Part shown: one piece after another, positions 46,594 to 57,390 of the stretch | Numbering within the stretch: the stretch's first letter is position 1 | Layout: each line of letters begins with the position of its first letter | Assembly: GCA_963811165.1 (NCBI GenBank) | Contig: CAWEQH010000008.1 | Span: 192,001 to 256,000, forward strand | Reading direction: 5' to 3' | Origin: an uncultured Nitrospiraceae bacterium | GTDB taxonomy: Bacteria > Nitrospirota > Thermodesulfovibrionia > Thermodesulfovibrionales > UBA6898 | DNA length: 64,000 nucleotides | The notes under the pieces: generated by a model | What the model was told of the DNA's origin: nothing | Database searches by the model: none | Seen by the model: only the letters and a program-made list of their open reading frames with translations | Program-made: the position numbers and the translations under genes

Positions 46594-47582
46594 AAATCTT
46601 GCTACCCTTATTTACCGTCATAGCGCTTGTCGTGATCGCATTTGTGGGGGTGCAGGCGAACCTCCAGCCCGTGTTCGGGATTGTTATTCCGTATGTTGCC
46701 GTCACGATATTCATCGTAGGATTTGTGATTCGCGTGTTTAAGTGGGGGAGTTCGCCGGTACCGTTTCGCATACCGACGACCGCAGGGCAGATGAAGTCGT
46801 TTGCGCCGTGGATCAAACAGAACAAGCTCGACAACCCGTCGAGTCGTCTCGGGGTATTCGGAAGGATGATCCTCGAGGTGTTCTTCTTCCGCTCTCTTTT
46901 CAGGAACACCAAGACACAGCTTTATCCAGGCACTAAGCTCGCTTATGGCTCGGAGAAGTTCCTTTGGCTCGCGGGGCTTGCGTTCCACTGGTCGTTTCTT
47001 ATTATTTTTGTAAGACATTTTAGGTTCTTTATGCAGGATGTGCCCTATGTCATAAAGACGATAGAGGGGCTGGATAGTTTTCTGCAAATTGGCGCCCCAC
47101 TGCTCTATATGACCGACGTTGTTTTAGTGGGGGCAGTGACGTTTCTGTTTTTAAGAAGGGTCTTAATGCCCCAGATAAAATATATCTCTCTCCCTGCCGA
47201 TTATTTTCCGCTGTTTCTCATACTCGGTATCGCCATTTCAGGCATTATGATGCGGTATTTCACGAAGGTGCCTGTCGTAAGCGTGAAGGAGCTTGTTATG
47301 GGGCTGCTCTCGTTCAAACCGGTTATTCCCGAGGGTATCGGATCTGTTTTCTACATACACCTTTTCCTGGTCAGTGCTCTGCTGGCCTATTTCCCGGCGA
47401 GCAAGCTCATGCACATGGGCGGTGTTTTCCTCAGCCCTACGAGGAATATGGCAAACAACAGCAGGGAGGTCAGGCACATCAACCCGTGGAACCATCCGGT
47501 ACATGTGCATACCTACGAAGAGTATGAAAACGACTTCAGAGAAAAAATGAAAAAGGCCGGTCTGCCGGTCGAGAAGGAGTGA
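46590..47582 (+). CDS. dsrM: DsrM membrane b-type cytochrome
   Basis: PVPFRIPTT, FFRSLFRNT, FHW and YFPASKLMHMGGVFLSPTRN motifs. Confidence 0.95.
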   Translation: MKILLPLFTVIALVVIAFVGVQANLQPVFGIVIPYVAVTIFIVGFVIRVFKWGSSPVPFRIPTTAGQMKSFAPWIKQNKLDNPSSRLGVFGRMILEVFFFRSLFRNTKTQLYPGTKLAYGSEKFLWLAGLAFHWSFLIIFVRHFRFFMQDVPYVIKTIEGLDSFLQIGAPLLYMTDVVLVGAVTFLFLRRVLMPQIKYISLPADYFPLFLILGIAISGIMMRYFTKVPVVSVKELVMGLLSFKPVIPEGIGSVFYIHLFLVSALLAYFPASKLMHMGGVFLSPTRNMANNSREVRHINPWNHPVHVHTYEEYENDFREKMKKAGLPVEKE

Positions 47583-47584
47583 AC

Positions 47585-49206
47585 ATGGCGACTAAAGTAA
47601 CTACTCCAAAACCCGATGAACTGGCAACTTCTATAGATTTTACCCCGCCCAAGACCGAGTGGATGGATACCCCTACGGTAATAAAACCAGGGACATTCTG
47701 CTGGGGCGCAAAGGGAAAGAACCTCGATATCGTGGAGTTCCCCAACGCAAGGGACTGGAACCCGTCAGATGAGGACTGGAAGCTCCCGGAGAACTGGCAG
47801 GAGATATTTTTAAAAGGGATGCAGGACCTCCTTAGTAAATACCGCTCCTTCAAGGTCTTTATGGACATATGCGTCAGGTGCGGCGCGTGCGCCGACAAGT
47901 GCCACTTCTTCATAGGCTCGGGGGACCCAAAAAACATGCCCGTGGGGAGGGCTGAACTCCTGAGGTCGGTCTACAGGAAATATTTCACGACATCCGGAAA
48001 GATCCTCGGAAAGACCGCGGGGGCCAGGGAGTTGACCATCGATGTACTGAAAGAGCTTTGGTACTATGCGTACCAGTGCACCGAGTGCCGCCGCTGTTCG
48101 CTCTTCTGTCCTTACGGGATTGATACCGCTGAGATAACGATAATGTGCAGGGAGCTTTTGAATCTGCTAGGATTAAACATTGACTGGATATCAGGTCCCG
48201 TGGCCAATTGCTATATGAAGGGCAATCACCTGGGCCTCGAACCCCACGCCATCATGAACAGCATCGAGGGCATGATCGACGACATAGAGACCGTCACCGG
48301 TGTCAGGGTGAACCCCTCTTTCAACAGGAAGGGCGCGGAGATACTCTTTGTCACTCCATCAGGCGATCTCTTTGCCGATCCCGGCACCTTCACATGCATG
48401 GGCTACCTCGCATGCTTTTTCACGAACTTGGTCTTGACTACACGTGGTCTACATATGCATCTGAAGGCGGCAATTTCGGCTTCTTCACGTCCAATGAAAT
48501 GGCTAAAAGGCTCAACTCAAAAATATATGCCGAGGCCAAACGGCTAGGAGTGAAATATATCATCGGCGGGGAGTGCGGCCATATGTGGCGTGTCCTTCAT
48601 CAATATATGGATACCTGGAATGGCCCGACTGATTTCATGGAGGTGCCGGTTTCCCCTATAACCGGGACGAAGTTCGAAAATGCAAGGTCAACGAAGATGA
48701 TCCATATTGCGGAGTTCACGGCAGACCTTATCAAACACGGCAAACTGAAACTCGACCCGTCGCAGGAATGACGACCTGTCGTGACCTACCATGATTCCTG
48801 CAATACCGCAAGGGGCATGGGGCTTCTCGAAGAGCCGCGCTACATTATCAAAAATGTCTGCAACAATTTCCATGAGATGCCGGAGAATACCATCAGGGAG
48901 CAGACGTTCTGCTGCGGCAGCGGTACGGGCCTCAACGCGAGTGAAAATATGGAACTGAGGATGAGGGGCGGATTCCCGAGGGCCAATGCGGTGAAGTATG
49001 TCCAGGACAAGCATGGCGTCAATATGCTTTCGAATATCTGTGCAATAGACAGGGCCACTCTTTCAGCCTCCATGGATTACTGGGTCCCGGGTGTCAGGGT
49101 AACAGGGGTACACGAAATGGTAGCCAATGCCCTGATCATGAAAGGCGAAAAGGAGAGGGAGACCAATCTACGCGGTGACCCCCTGCCGGGAAAGGAGGGC
49201 AACTGA
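47585..49206 (+). CDS. dsrK: DsrK Fe-S protein (frameshifted)
   Basis: CVRCGACADKC, CTECRRCSLFCP, GECGH, HDSCN and FCCG motifs. Confidence 0.95.
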
Positions 49207-49207
49207 G

Positions 49208-49623
49208 ATGAAGAACTCAGTGGAAGATAGTCATCGGGGTGGTGATTGCCTTCGTGGCAATTTTCGCTTTCCCCTTTTACTATAACCTCGGCAAGGCCAA
49301 TGCGAAACCCGAGTTGAAATTCGACACACCGGTGATCCTCCAATGGGAAAAAGAGCATGGCAAGAAAGAATGCGTTGAATCGAAGGCATTTATGGGGGCG
49401 GAACATATGCAGCTGCCTAAACCAATGGAGGGATTCAGTCGTCCGAAACGGTGACCGCATCTATGTGAATTCCGAAGGCAAGGAATTTACCATGAGTCTT
49501 CAGAATGGATGCCTAAATTGCCATTCGAACAAGAAGGACTTCTGTGACAAATGCCATAATTATATGGGGGTAAAACCATATTGCTTCAGTTGCCATATCG
49601 CACCGAAGGAGAAAGAGTCATGA
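49208..49623 (+). CDS. dsrJ: DsrJ triheme cytochrome c (frameshifted)
   Basis: TM anchor, ECVE..HM, WRDSVVR, and CLNCH / CDKCH / CFSCH motifs. Confidence 0.9.
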
Positions 49624-50417
49624 GCATAAATAGAAGACAATTTTTAAAACTGGCTGGAGTTTCAACAGTGTTGGGGATCGGTGGTCCCGCTGTCTTTAAC
49701 GGCATGGGAGGCAAGATACTGGAGGCGACACAGACGCGTCCTGACCCCAGGTCGCTGACGGCCAAACGGATGGGGTTTTGTCGTCGACGTGAGCAAGTTA
49801 AAGGCGCCCGAAGATTATCAAAAGTGTATTGACGCATGCCACAGCATCCACAACGTACCTGACGTTTCGGCAATCCCAAAGACGAGGTGAAGTGGATCTG
49901 GAAGGACAACTATGAGCGTACGTTCCCGACTTCTACGGAAGACGAATATATGAACAAGGAGATAAAGGAGAAGAATTTCCTCCTTTTCTGCAACCATTGT
50001 GAACAGCCTGCGTGCGTCAGGGTGTGTCCTACAAAGGCCACTTATAAGCGCAAAGACGGAGTAGTGATGCAGGATATGCACCGGTGTATAGGTTGCAGGT
50101 TCTGTATGGCGGCCTGTCCTTTCGGGGCGAGGAGTTTCAACTACCGTGATCCGAGACCTTTCATCAAGAAAGAGAACCCGAAGTTCCCCACGCGAATGAT
50201 AGGTGTGGTCGAGAAATGCACCATGTGTTATGAACGGTTGGCGATCGGGCAGATGCCGGCATGCGTCGAGGCATCCAACGGGGCGATCGTGTTTGGTGAT
50301 CTTTCTGATCCGAATTCCGAGGTGAGGAAGATAATAGAGTCGAAGTATACTATCAGACGAAAGCCCGAGTTAGGAACACAGCCAAGTATTTACTACGTAA
50401 TAGGAGGTAGGGAATAA
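49620..50417 (+). CDS. dsrO: DsrO periplasmic Fe-S protein (frameshifted)
   Basis: Tat signal SINRRQFLK; CNHCEQPACVRVCP, CIGCRFCMAACP and EKCTMC motifs. Confidence 0.93.
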
Positions 50418-51583
50418 TGCTTGAAAAAGCTCTTGTTGGCAGTAAACGATATTGGCTGTGGATAGGCGCGTTACTCGTCGTAATTGGAGTCGGCGTTCTC
50501 CAGTATCTCAGGCAGTTCAGCTACGGCTTGGGTATCACCGGACATGAGCCGGGACGTATCATGGGGACTCTATATCGGCCAGTTTACCTTCCTGGTCGGT
50601 GTTGCCGCCTCTGCCGTGATGCTCGTTATTCCTTACTATCTGCATGATTTCAAGAAGTTCGGCAAGATAGTGATAATGGGTGAGTTCCTCGCGGTCTCGG
50701 CCGTGATCATGTGCGTCCTCTTTATCTTTGTCGACATGGGGCAGCCGATGAGGATAACGAACGTTATTCTTCATCCTACCCCAAACTCAGTCATGTTCTG
50801 GGACAGCGTTGTATTAATGGGCTATCTGGTCCTTAATATCGTTATCGGGTGGACAACACTCGGCGCAGACCGTAAAGGGGTAAAGCCCCGCCGCAGTGGG
50901 TGAAGCCGCTTATCTATCTGTCGGTCCCCTGGGCGGTCAGTATCCATACCGTGACAGCCTTCCTGTATGCCGGCATACCCGGCAGACATTTCTGGCTGAC
51001 GGCCGTGATGGCTGCCCGGTTTCTTGCATCTGCCTTTGCCGGAGGTCCGGCTTTCCTAATTATTCTGGCCCTTCTTGTGAGGAAAATGACCAAATTTGAC
51101 CCGGGTTATGAGCCGATCCAGGCACTCGGCAAGATCGTAACGTATGCCATGTTCGCCAACGTTTTTCTCCTGGGGATTGAGTTCTTTACCGCCTTCTATA
51201 GCAATATACCCGGCCACATAAGTCCTTTCAAATACCTCTATGCCGGCATCGAAGGCCATGATAAACTCGTTCCGATCATGTGGACTTCCAGTATCCTTGC
51301 GGTGGTGGCACTGTTTCTTCTGGTCTTCCCCGGATTCCGCAAAAACGAAAACCTGCTTGCCGTTGCCTGCGCGTCGCTTTTCATCTCTCTTTGGATAGAT
51401 AAGGGGTTTGGGTTGGTCATCGGCGGGTTTGTGCCCAACATGTTTGAGGGCATCACAGAATATTGGCCGACCGCGCCTGAGGCGATGATAACGCTTGGTG
51501 TTTGGGCTATCGGATTCCTGGTACTGACCGTACTCTATAAGGTTGCTGTATCTGTCAGGGAAGAAGGCGGATATCACGAATAA
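50417..51583 (+). CDS. dsrP: DsrP NrfD-family membrane protein (frameshifted)
   Basis: [22 protein letters not shown] and [11 protein letters not shown] motifs; multiple TM helices. Confidence 0.93.
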
Positions 51584-51662
51584 TTACTGGATTTTATAAA
51601 GAAAGTTATTTATAATTAAGAAAACCAAGATTCTGGTTAATGACTTAAAGGAGGATAGTATA

Positions 51663-51848
51663 ATGTATCTTGTTTCTGTGGACGCATCAAAGTGCGAGGG
51701 TTGTGAAGAGTGTGTGAATAACTGTCCTGTTAGCGTGTTTGTAATGAAGGACGGGAAGGCGTTTGCCGAACAGCCTGATCTCTGCGAAGGCTGTCAGACC
51801 TGTACCAGTGTCTGCTCATCCGGCGCGGTCACCTTGACTGAAATGTAA
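51663..51848 (+). CDS. 2[4Fe-4S] ferredoxin
   Basis: CEGCEECVNNCP and CEGCQTCTSVC; 61 aa; SD AAAGGAGG. Confidence 0.9.
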   Translation: MYLVSVDASKCEGCEECVNNCPVSVFVMKDGKAFAEQPDLCEGCQTCTSVCSSGAVTLTEM

Positions 51849-51870
51849 GTAAAGAATCTCTGTTTTTTTG

Positions 51871-51902
51871 AAGGGCGATGGAACTTCCGTCGCCCTTTTT
51901 TT
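51871..51902 (+). terminator. Rho-independent terminator
   Basis: AAGGGCGATGG...CCGTCGCCCTT followed by a T run. Confidence 0.88.
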
Positions 51903-52006
51903 CTGCTCCGTATGATGTAAGTCATATCCCTGCCCGGAGTTTTGTACTAGACTGAAGCATATTGGTTTTGGCCATGCAGCGTTCACCAACAGTGAGAATT
52001 TGAGCT

Positions 52007-52591
52007 ATGGACGATAGGACAGAGGGGTCAGAGATTTCTGCGGAGGATCTGAGGGCGGCCCTCGGCGATATGAAGACGTATGTCGATGTGACCGAAGAAG
52101 ATCTCCTCAATATCTATTCGCTCGCTCTCCGGCATGCAAAGGAGAGACTGGCCCTTCATAGGAAGGTATCGGAAGTAATGACGAGCGAGGCGGTGTCTGT
52201 AAATGAGGATGCCGACGTCGAGGAGGCGATAAGGCTTCTTTCAGGTCATAGAGTAAGCGGGTTGCCCGTTGTAGATAAGGAAAATCGTGTCGTAGGGGTA
52301 ATCACCGAGGCTGATGTTCTTTCTGTCATGGGTATGAAAAGGGGGCATACTTTTAAGGATATCGTGGGGCGCCTGTTGGGTGAGCCGGTGCCTGGGAACA
52401 AGGCCGGGAACACGGTCCGACAAGTTATGTCATCCCCTCCAATATCGACGACACCCGACGCACTCATACTGGAGGTCGCGGGAATATTGGAAGAACGAAG
52501 GATCAAGAGACTTCCCGTGGTAGATGAAAGGGGCGTGCTGGTCGGCATTGTCTCAAGGGCCGATATCGTAAGGACGGTTGCCAAAAAATGA
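52007..52591 (+). CDS. CBS-pair protein
   Basis: Two CBS domains (VSGLPVVD...GVITEAD; IKRLPVVD...GIVSRAD). Confidence 0.9.
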   Translation: MDDRTEGSEISAEDLRAALGDMKTYVDVTEEDLLNIYSLALRHAKERLALHRKVSEVMTSEAVSVNEDADVEEAIRLLSGHRVSGLPVVDKENRVVGVITEADVLSVMGMKRGHTFKDIVGRLLGEPVPGNKAGNTVRQVMSSPPISTTPDALILEVAGILEERRIKRLPVVDERGVLVGIVSRADIVRTVAKK

Positions 52592-53127
52592 CGGGCTTTT
52601 TTGTGAAAATCAAAGGCGGTGCAAAGGGTCCGCCGGGTGTGGGGATGACGGAGATACTATGGGCGTGGCTCGGTTCCTCAGTGGGGATAGCGCTATGCGG
52701 ATATCTTTCTGCAAAATATTTTGAACCGAGAGATATGAGTCTTATAATTGGTTCCTTCGGTGCTTCTGCAGTCCTTGTTTATGCCGCAATAAAGAGTCCC
52801 CTTGCGCAGCCGAGAAATCTCATTGGGGGGCATATCCTCTCAGGGCTTGTCGGAGTCGTATGCTTTAAGTTCTTCGGAGATACGCTTTGGATAGCCTCTG
52901 CGATGTCGGTCTCCCTTGCCATTGTGGTGATGCTTTTGACGAAGACACTGCATCCCCCAGGCGGCGCCACTGCTTTAATAGCGGTCATAGGAGGAAAGAA
53001 GGTGCACGCCCTGGGCTTCCTCTATGCACTTGTTCCCGCGGGACTAGGCGCCGTTGTCCTTCTGATTATTGCACTCGTCGTGAATAACCTCTCCAAGAGC
53101 AGAAAATATCCGGAGTATTGGCTCTGA
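52588..53127 (+). CDS. HPP-family membrane protein
   Basis: SFGASAVL, SPLAQPRN and LHPPGGATAL motifs. Confidence 0.92.
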   Translation: MTGFFVKIKGGAKGPPGVGMTEILWAWLGSSVGIALCGYLSAKYFEPRDMSLIIGSFGASAVLVYAAIKSPLAQPRNLIGGHILSGLVGVVCFKFFGDTLWIASAMSVSLAIVVMLLTKTLHPPGGATALIAVIGGKKVHALGFLYALVPAGLGAVVLLIIALVVNNLSKSRKYPEYWL

Positions 53128-53138
53128 TTCGGGAGATC

Positions 53139-54086
53139 CTATTTCCCCCAGTCGGACTTGACTCTTGATCGGTGGTGGATATATTTTTCAGCCGAGAGGG
53201 CGGCAAGGCAACCGTTGGAAGCGGCGATCACCACCTGTCTTACCTCGGTGCAGGTCACGTCGCCCGCTGCAAAAACCCCGGGCATCGACGTTTCCATCAT
53301 ACGGTTTGTCTCGATGCATTCCGCTTCGGTAAGTTCAAGCGACCCATAAAGGAAATCGACAATCGGCCTGCTGCCATGGATGTACACGAAGACGCCGGAC
53401 AGCAGTATCTCTTTCTCTTTTTTGTCAGGGCCGATCAGTCTGATCTTTTCAACGGTTTCGTTCCCTTCGATAGCGACTACTGAACTTTCCGGTATTACCG
53501 TGAGGTTTTTCGCTTCGAGCGCGTCATGACCCTCGCCCTTGAGTTTCGGAGTCGGCGAAATCAGATATACGGTTTCGGCAAACCTCGTTAAATAGCCCGC
53601 TTCTTTTGCCGCCTCCTCTGAGTTGCCGATGACGCATACTACCTTGCCCTTATAGAATGCGGCATCGCAAACAGCGCAGTAACTTACGCCCCTGCCGAGG
53701 AAGTCGGCTTCGCCCTTTATGGTGGGCTTTCTTCCCATTGAACCCGTCGCGAGAATTACCGCCTTCCCCCGGAAGCTCTGTTCCATGGTGAATACCTCTT
53801 TGACATCAGAGTCGAGTTTTACCCCGACAACCTGCGCTTCAACGTACTCAGTTCCGAAATTGACCGCCTGCCTCCGGAATATATCGAGAAGTTCTTTGCC
53901 CGATACGGGCGATAAAAGTCCCGGATAATTTTCAATGTGACTCGTGTAGGCAAGGGCTCCTGCGGTTGCTGATTTGTCAAGGACGATCGTCCTGAGTTTT
54001 GCCCTAGAGGCGTATTGCGCTGCGGAAAGCCCGCCCGGTCCTCCGCCTATTATGATTACGTCATATATGCTCTCAGCCTCGGTCAT
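53139..54086 (-). CDS. trxB: Thioredoxin reductase
   Basis: GGGPGG, IENYPG, GVSYCAVCD and FAAGD motifs. Confidence 0.85.
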   Translation of the reverse strand: MTEAESIYDVIIIGGGPGGLSAAQYASRAKLRTIVLDKSATAGALAYTSHIENYPGLLSPVSGKELLDIFRRQAVNFGTEYVEAQVVGVKLDSDVKEVFTMEQSFRGKAVILATGSMGRKPTIKGEADFLGRGVSYCAVCDAAFYKGKVVCVIGNSEEAAKEAGYLTRFAETVYLISPTPKLKGEGHDALEAKNLTVIPESSVVAIEGNETVEKIRLIGPDKKEKEILLSGVFVYIHGSRPIVDFLYGSLELTEAECIETNRMMETSMPGVFAAGDVTCTEVRQVVIAASNGCLAALSAEKYIHHRSRVKSDWGK

Positions 54087-54241
54087 GTCTCCTCCTTGGT
54101 CATTTATTGCCGCTTCTTCAAATATTTAACCATACTCGGTCAGGACTTGTCAGCAGGAAGGGACCGCCATTGCATGCCGGGTCAACCTCTCATATAATGT
54201 AATTAGACGAAGTTAGATTTTGGCCAAACAAGGAGTATCGT

Positions 54242-54688
54242 ATGGAAAAAAAAGAAATTACGCAAGCTATTTCGGATTATCTCAGGACCCATAGGAAAAT
54301 GACCCTCGCTACGGTCACGCTCGACGGCAGACCCCTCGCCCATACCGTTGAATACGTGTCAGACAACGGCCCTGTGTTGTTCTTCGCGACGAAGAAGACA
54401 ACGAGGAAGGCCCAGAATATCATGAAAAACGCGAATGTTTCCTTCGCAGTAGATGAGGACTATGACGACTGGATGAAGATCCGGGGGGTACAGGTAGAGG
54501 GCCGTGCGACGATCCTCTCAGAGGAGAAGGATATACAATATGCCGCGAACCTGTTCTTAAAAAAATTCCCTTTTGTGGCCGAATTTACACCAGACCCTGA
54601 TATGGTCTTCGTGAAGATCGAGCCGGTTGCCGGCTTTTTTCTGGACAATACGAAAGGGTTCGCACACAGGGATGAGGTGAAGTTTTAG
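54242..54688 (+). CDS. Pyridoxamine 5'-phosphate oxidase-like (split-barrel) protein
   Basis: MTLATV..DGRP, RKAQNI..N.NVS and GVQVEGRA motifs. Confidence 0.82.
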   Translation: MEKKEITQAISDYLRTHRKMTLATVTLDGRPLAHTVEYVSDNGPVLFFATKKTTRKAQNIMKNANVSFAVDEDYDDWMKIRGVQVEGRATILSEEKDIQYAANLFLKKFPFVAEFTPDPDMVFVKIEPVAGFFLDNTKGFAHRDEVKF

Positions 54689-55743
54689 AACCTTTTTAGA
54701 ATATGGTAGTAAGTATCTCTCTGCGCCGGTTTAAATCCCGCTGAAGAGATAGCGTTGACGATGTCATCTTTCGACACCTGATAACTTACCCCTGTAGAGG
54801 CAACCACATTTTCCTCTATCATCGTCGAGCCGAAGTCGTTTGCTCCGAACCTCAGGCTGACCTGAGCGAGTTTCAGTCCCTGCGTCACCCACGAGGCCTG
54901 GACGTTATCGACATTGTCGAGATATAGCCGCGAAAGGGAGAGCACTCTGAGATAATCCACTGCACTGGTCCGGGCGTATCGCGCGCCCCTGCTTAATTCA
55001 GTGTTCCCCGGCTGAAACGACCATGGGATGAAGGCGGTAAACCCTCCGGTCCTGTCCTGCAGCTCCCTGATGGAATCGAGATGTTCGATAATGTCCTCCG
55101 GTTTTTCGATACTGCCAAACATCATCGTTGCGGTTGTCCTCATCCCTAGTTTGTGTGCGTTTTCCATGACGGCCAGCCAGCGGGAGGAACGTATCTTTTT
55201 CGGACTGAGTATCTCTCTCACCCTGTCTGAAAGAATCTCCGCTCCGCCTCCAGGTATGGAATCGAGACCCGCCTCTTTCAATATCCCGAGGGTCTCCCTT
55301 ATAGTAAGGGAAGAGGTATCGGCGATATAGCATATTTCCGGAGGGGAAAAGCCATGGACGTTTATGTCGAACCTCTTTTTAATCGAGGTCAGCAATTTCA
55401 AGTAATAGTGAATGTCGAGCGAGGGGTGAAGTCCGCCCTGGATCAATATCTGGGTCCCGCCCAGTTCTAGCGTCTCTTCGATCTTTGCAAAGAGCGTTTC
55501 GTCATCAAGAAGGTAGGCATCAGGAGCGTCTTCGTCCCTCCAGAAGGCGCAGAACCTGCATTTGTTGATGCATACATTAGTATAGTTGATGTTCCTGTCG
55601 ACGATGAAGGTAACCATGCCTTCCGGATGGAGCGCCTTCCTCATTTTGTCGGCGGCGGCCCCGAGATCGAGGAGGTCGGCGCGCCTGAACATGGCGAGCG
55701 CTTCCCTCTTCGTGATCCGCCCTTTAGCTCTATCTTTTCCCAT
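54685..55743 (-). CDS. mqnC: Cyclic dehypoxanthinyl futalosine synthase (radical SAM)
   Basis: DRNINYTNVCINKCRFCAF, PGGGAEIL and GANDFGSTMIEENVV motifs. Confidence 0.9.
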   Translation of the reverse strand: MGKDRAKGRITKREALAMFRRADLLDLGAAADKMRKALHPEGMVTFIVDRNINYTNVCINKCRFCAFWRDEDAPDAYLLDDETLFAKIEETLELGGTQILIQGGLHPSLDIHYYLKLLTSIKKRFDINVHGFSPPEICYIADTSSLTIRETLGILKEAGLDSIPGGGAEILSDRVREILSPKKIRSSRWLAVMENAHKLGMRTTATMMFGSIEKPEDIIEHLDSIRELQDRTGGFTAFIPWSFQPGNTELSRGARYARTSAVDYLRVLSLSRLYLDNVDNVQASWVTQGLKLAQVSLRFGANDFGSTMIEENVVASTGVSYQVSKDDIVNAISSAGFKPAQRDTYYHILKRF

Positions 55744-56812
55744 CTTGCCTGATTTTTCTGTAAAAAGAATCTCTCTCGACGGGTACCTTCCCGGCCTTCC
55801 TGATCATATGGACTAACTGCTCCGCCGAAAGGCGCTCCCCGGTCAGTCCGCCGGCGGAGTGTGTGATCTTTTCTTCGATGATCGTACCGTCGACGTCGTC
55901 GGCCCCGAATTTAAGCGCGAGCTGCGATATCTTTTCACCCAGCATTATCCAGTATGCCTTTATATGGTCGAAATTATCGAGGACCAGACGGCTTACCGCG
56001 ATAGTCTTGAGGTCGTCGATTCCGGATGTATATCTCCCTTGTATGTGCGTGTTCTTCGGATGATACGCAAGAGGGATGAATGCCTGGAATCCTCCTGTTC
56101 TGTCCTGGAGTTTCCTGAGTCTGATGAGATGGTCGACACGGTCCTCATATTTTTCGACGTGTCCGTACAACATCGTGGCGTTTGTCCGTATTCCTGCCCG
56201 GTGAGCGGCAGACATCACCTCAAGCCACCTTGTGCCGGATATCTTTTCGGGACAGAGCCGGTTCCTGATTGCAGGGGCGAATATCTCTGCACCTCCTCCA
56301 GGCATCGAGCCCAGGCCGTTTGACTTCAGCGCGGCGAGTGTATCTTCAAGACTGAGACCGCTTATTTTTGACATATAGTCCACCTCGACCGCCGTGAATG
56401 CCTTGATATGCAATTTGGGGAAGTGATTTTTTATGGTTGAGATCATTTCGAGGTAATATTCGAAGGGCCAGTCGGGATGGAGTCCGCCTACAATGTGGAC
56501 CTCGGAAATAGGGCGACCGGTAAGTACGAGAGGCCGAATTTTACCCACAATTTCTTCAATAGTCAGTTCGAAGGCGCCCTCTTGCCCGGCAGACCTGCTG
56601 AAGGCGCAGAACCTGCATCTATTGACGCAGACGTTCGTCGGGTTGATATGCCTGTTGCGTATAAAGTAGGCCTTGTTCCCGTTTTTCTTTTCCGCAAAGG
56701 AAAAGGCGATCCTGCCCAGGGAAAAGATATCATCGGTCTCAAAGAGCTTGAGCGCGTCACGCCCTGCCACGCGTTTGCCGGAGAGGATCTTTTCTTCTAT
56801 CTTCTTGAGCAC
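55730..56812 (-). CDS. mqnE: Aminofutalosine synthase (radical SAM)
   Basis: HINPTNVCVNRCRFCAF, HIKAFTAVE and HIKAYWIM motifs. Confidence 0.9.
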   Translation of the reverse strand: MLKKIEEKILSGKRVAGRDALKLFETDDIFSLGRIAFSFAEKKNGNKAYFIRNRHINPTNVCVNRCRFCAFSRSAGQEGAFELTIEEIVGKIRPLVLTGRPISEVHIVGGLHPDWPFEYYLEMISTIKNHFPKLHIKAFTAVEVDYMSKISGLSLEDTLAALKSNGLGSMPGGGAEIFAPAIRNRLCPEKISGTRWLEVMSAAHRAGIRTNATMLYGHVEKYEDRVDHLIRLRKLQDRTGGFQAFIPLAYHPKNTHIQGRYTSGIDDLKTIAVSRLVLDNFDHIKAYWIMLGEKISQLALKFGADDVDGTIIEEKITHSAGGLTGERLSAEQLVHMIRKAGKVPVERDSFYRKIRQDGKR

Positions 56813-56930
56813 ACTTAATTATAAATCAAATGGCATCGGGAAGACCAAATTAATAGCCATCGGAGCCTAGAAAAGGAACACGCGGATCATGGCCATTTCC
56901 GTTCTTTAACCCGAACTGACTTGGGTTTTG

Positions 56931-56960
56931 TTGACGTAATTTGTCCGTATATGGTATAAA
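56931..56960 (+). promoter_or_regulatory. Putative sigma70 promoter of the rpsF operon
   Basis: TTGACG-N18-TATAAA with a TG extension. Confidence 0.55.
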
Positions 56961-56966
56961 TTAATG

Positions 56967-57032
56967 CTCCTTGCTCTTTCCTTTGGAAAGGGCTTTAGTC
57001 CCTGCCACGGCGGGGAAAAATCCATAAGGAGG
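56967..57032 (+). promoter_or_regulatory. rpsF leader RNA (S6:S18-type, SD-sequestering)
   Basis: CTCCTT can pair with the SD AAGGAG, enclosing hairpins CTCTTTCC/GGAAAGGG and CCCTGCC/GGCGGGG. Confidence 0.55.
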
Positions 57033-57039
57033 TGTTTGA

Positions 57040-57390
57040 ATGAACATCTACGAAAATATCGTTATCCTCAACGCGGCGCTTCCCGACGAAGAAATCAACG
57101 CTGCGCTCCAGAAGATCAAGGATTTGATCGTCAATGCCGGGGGAGAGGTCCTTAAGACCGACATGTGGGGCAGGAGGAAACTGGCTTATGAGATCAAGAA
57201 GCAGAACAAGGGGATGTATACGCTTCTTATATTTAAAACACCGCCTGCTACAGTCAAGAAACTCGAAGAGTTTTACAAGGTCTTCGATCCTGTCATCAAG
57301 TATATGGTGATCAAGCTTGGGCCGAAGCAGGTAAAGCACTTTGAGAGCATCCAGGCCGCCGAGGCGGAACAGCCGAAGAGCGAGGCCTAA
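57040..57390 (+). CDS. rpsF: 30S ribosomal protein S6
   Basis: YENIVIL and WGRRKLAYEIKK motifs. Confidence 0.96.
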   Translation: MNIYENIVILNAALPDEEINAALQKIKDLIVNAGGEVLKTDMWGRRKLAYEIKKQNKGMYTLLIFKTPPATVKKLEEFYKVFDPVIKYMVIKLGPKQVKHFESIQAAEAEQPKSEA

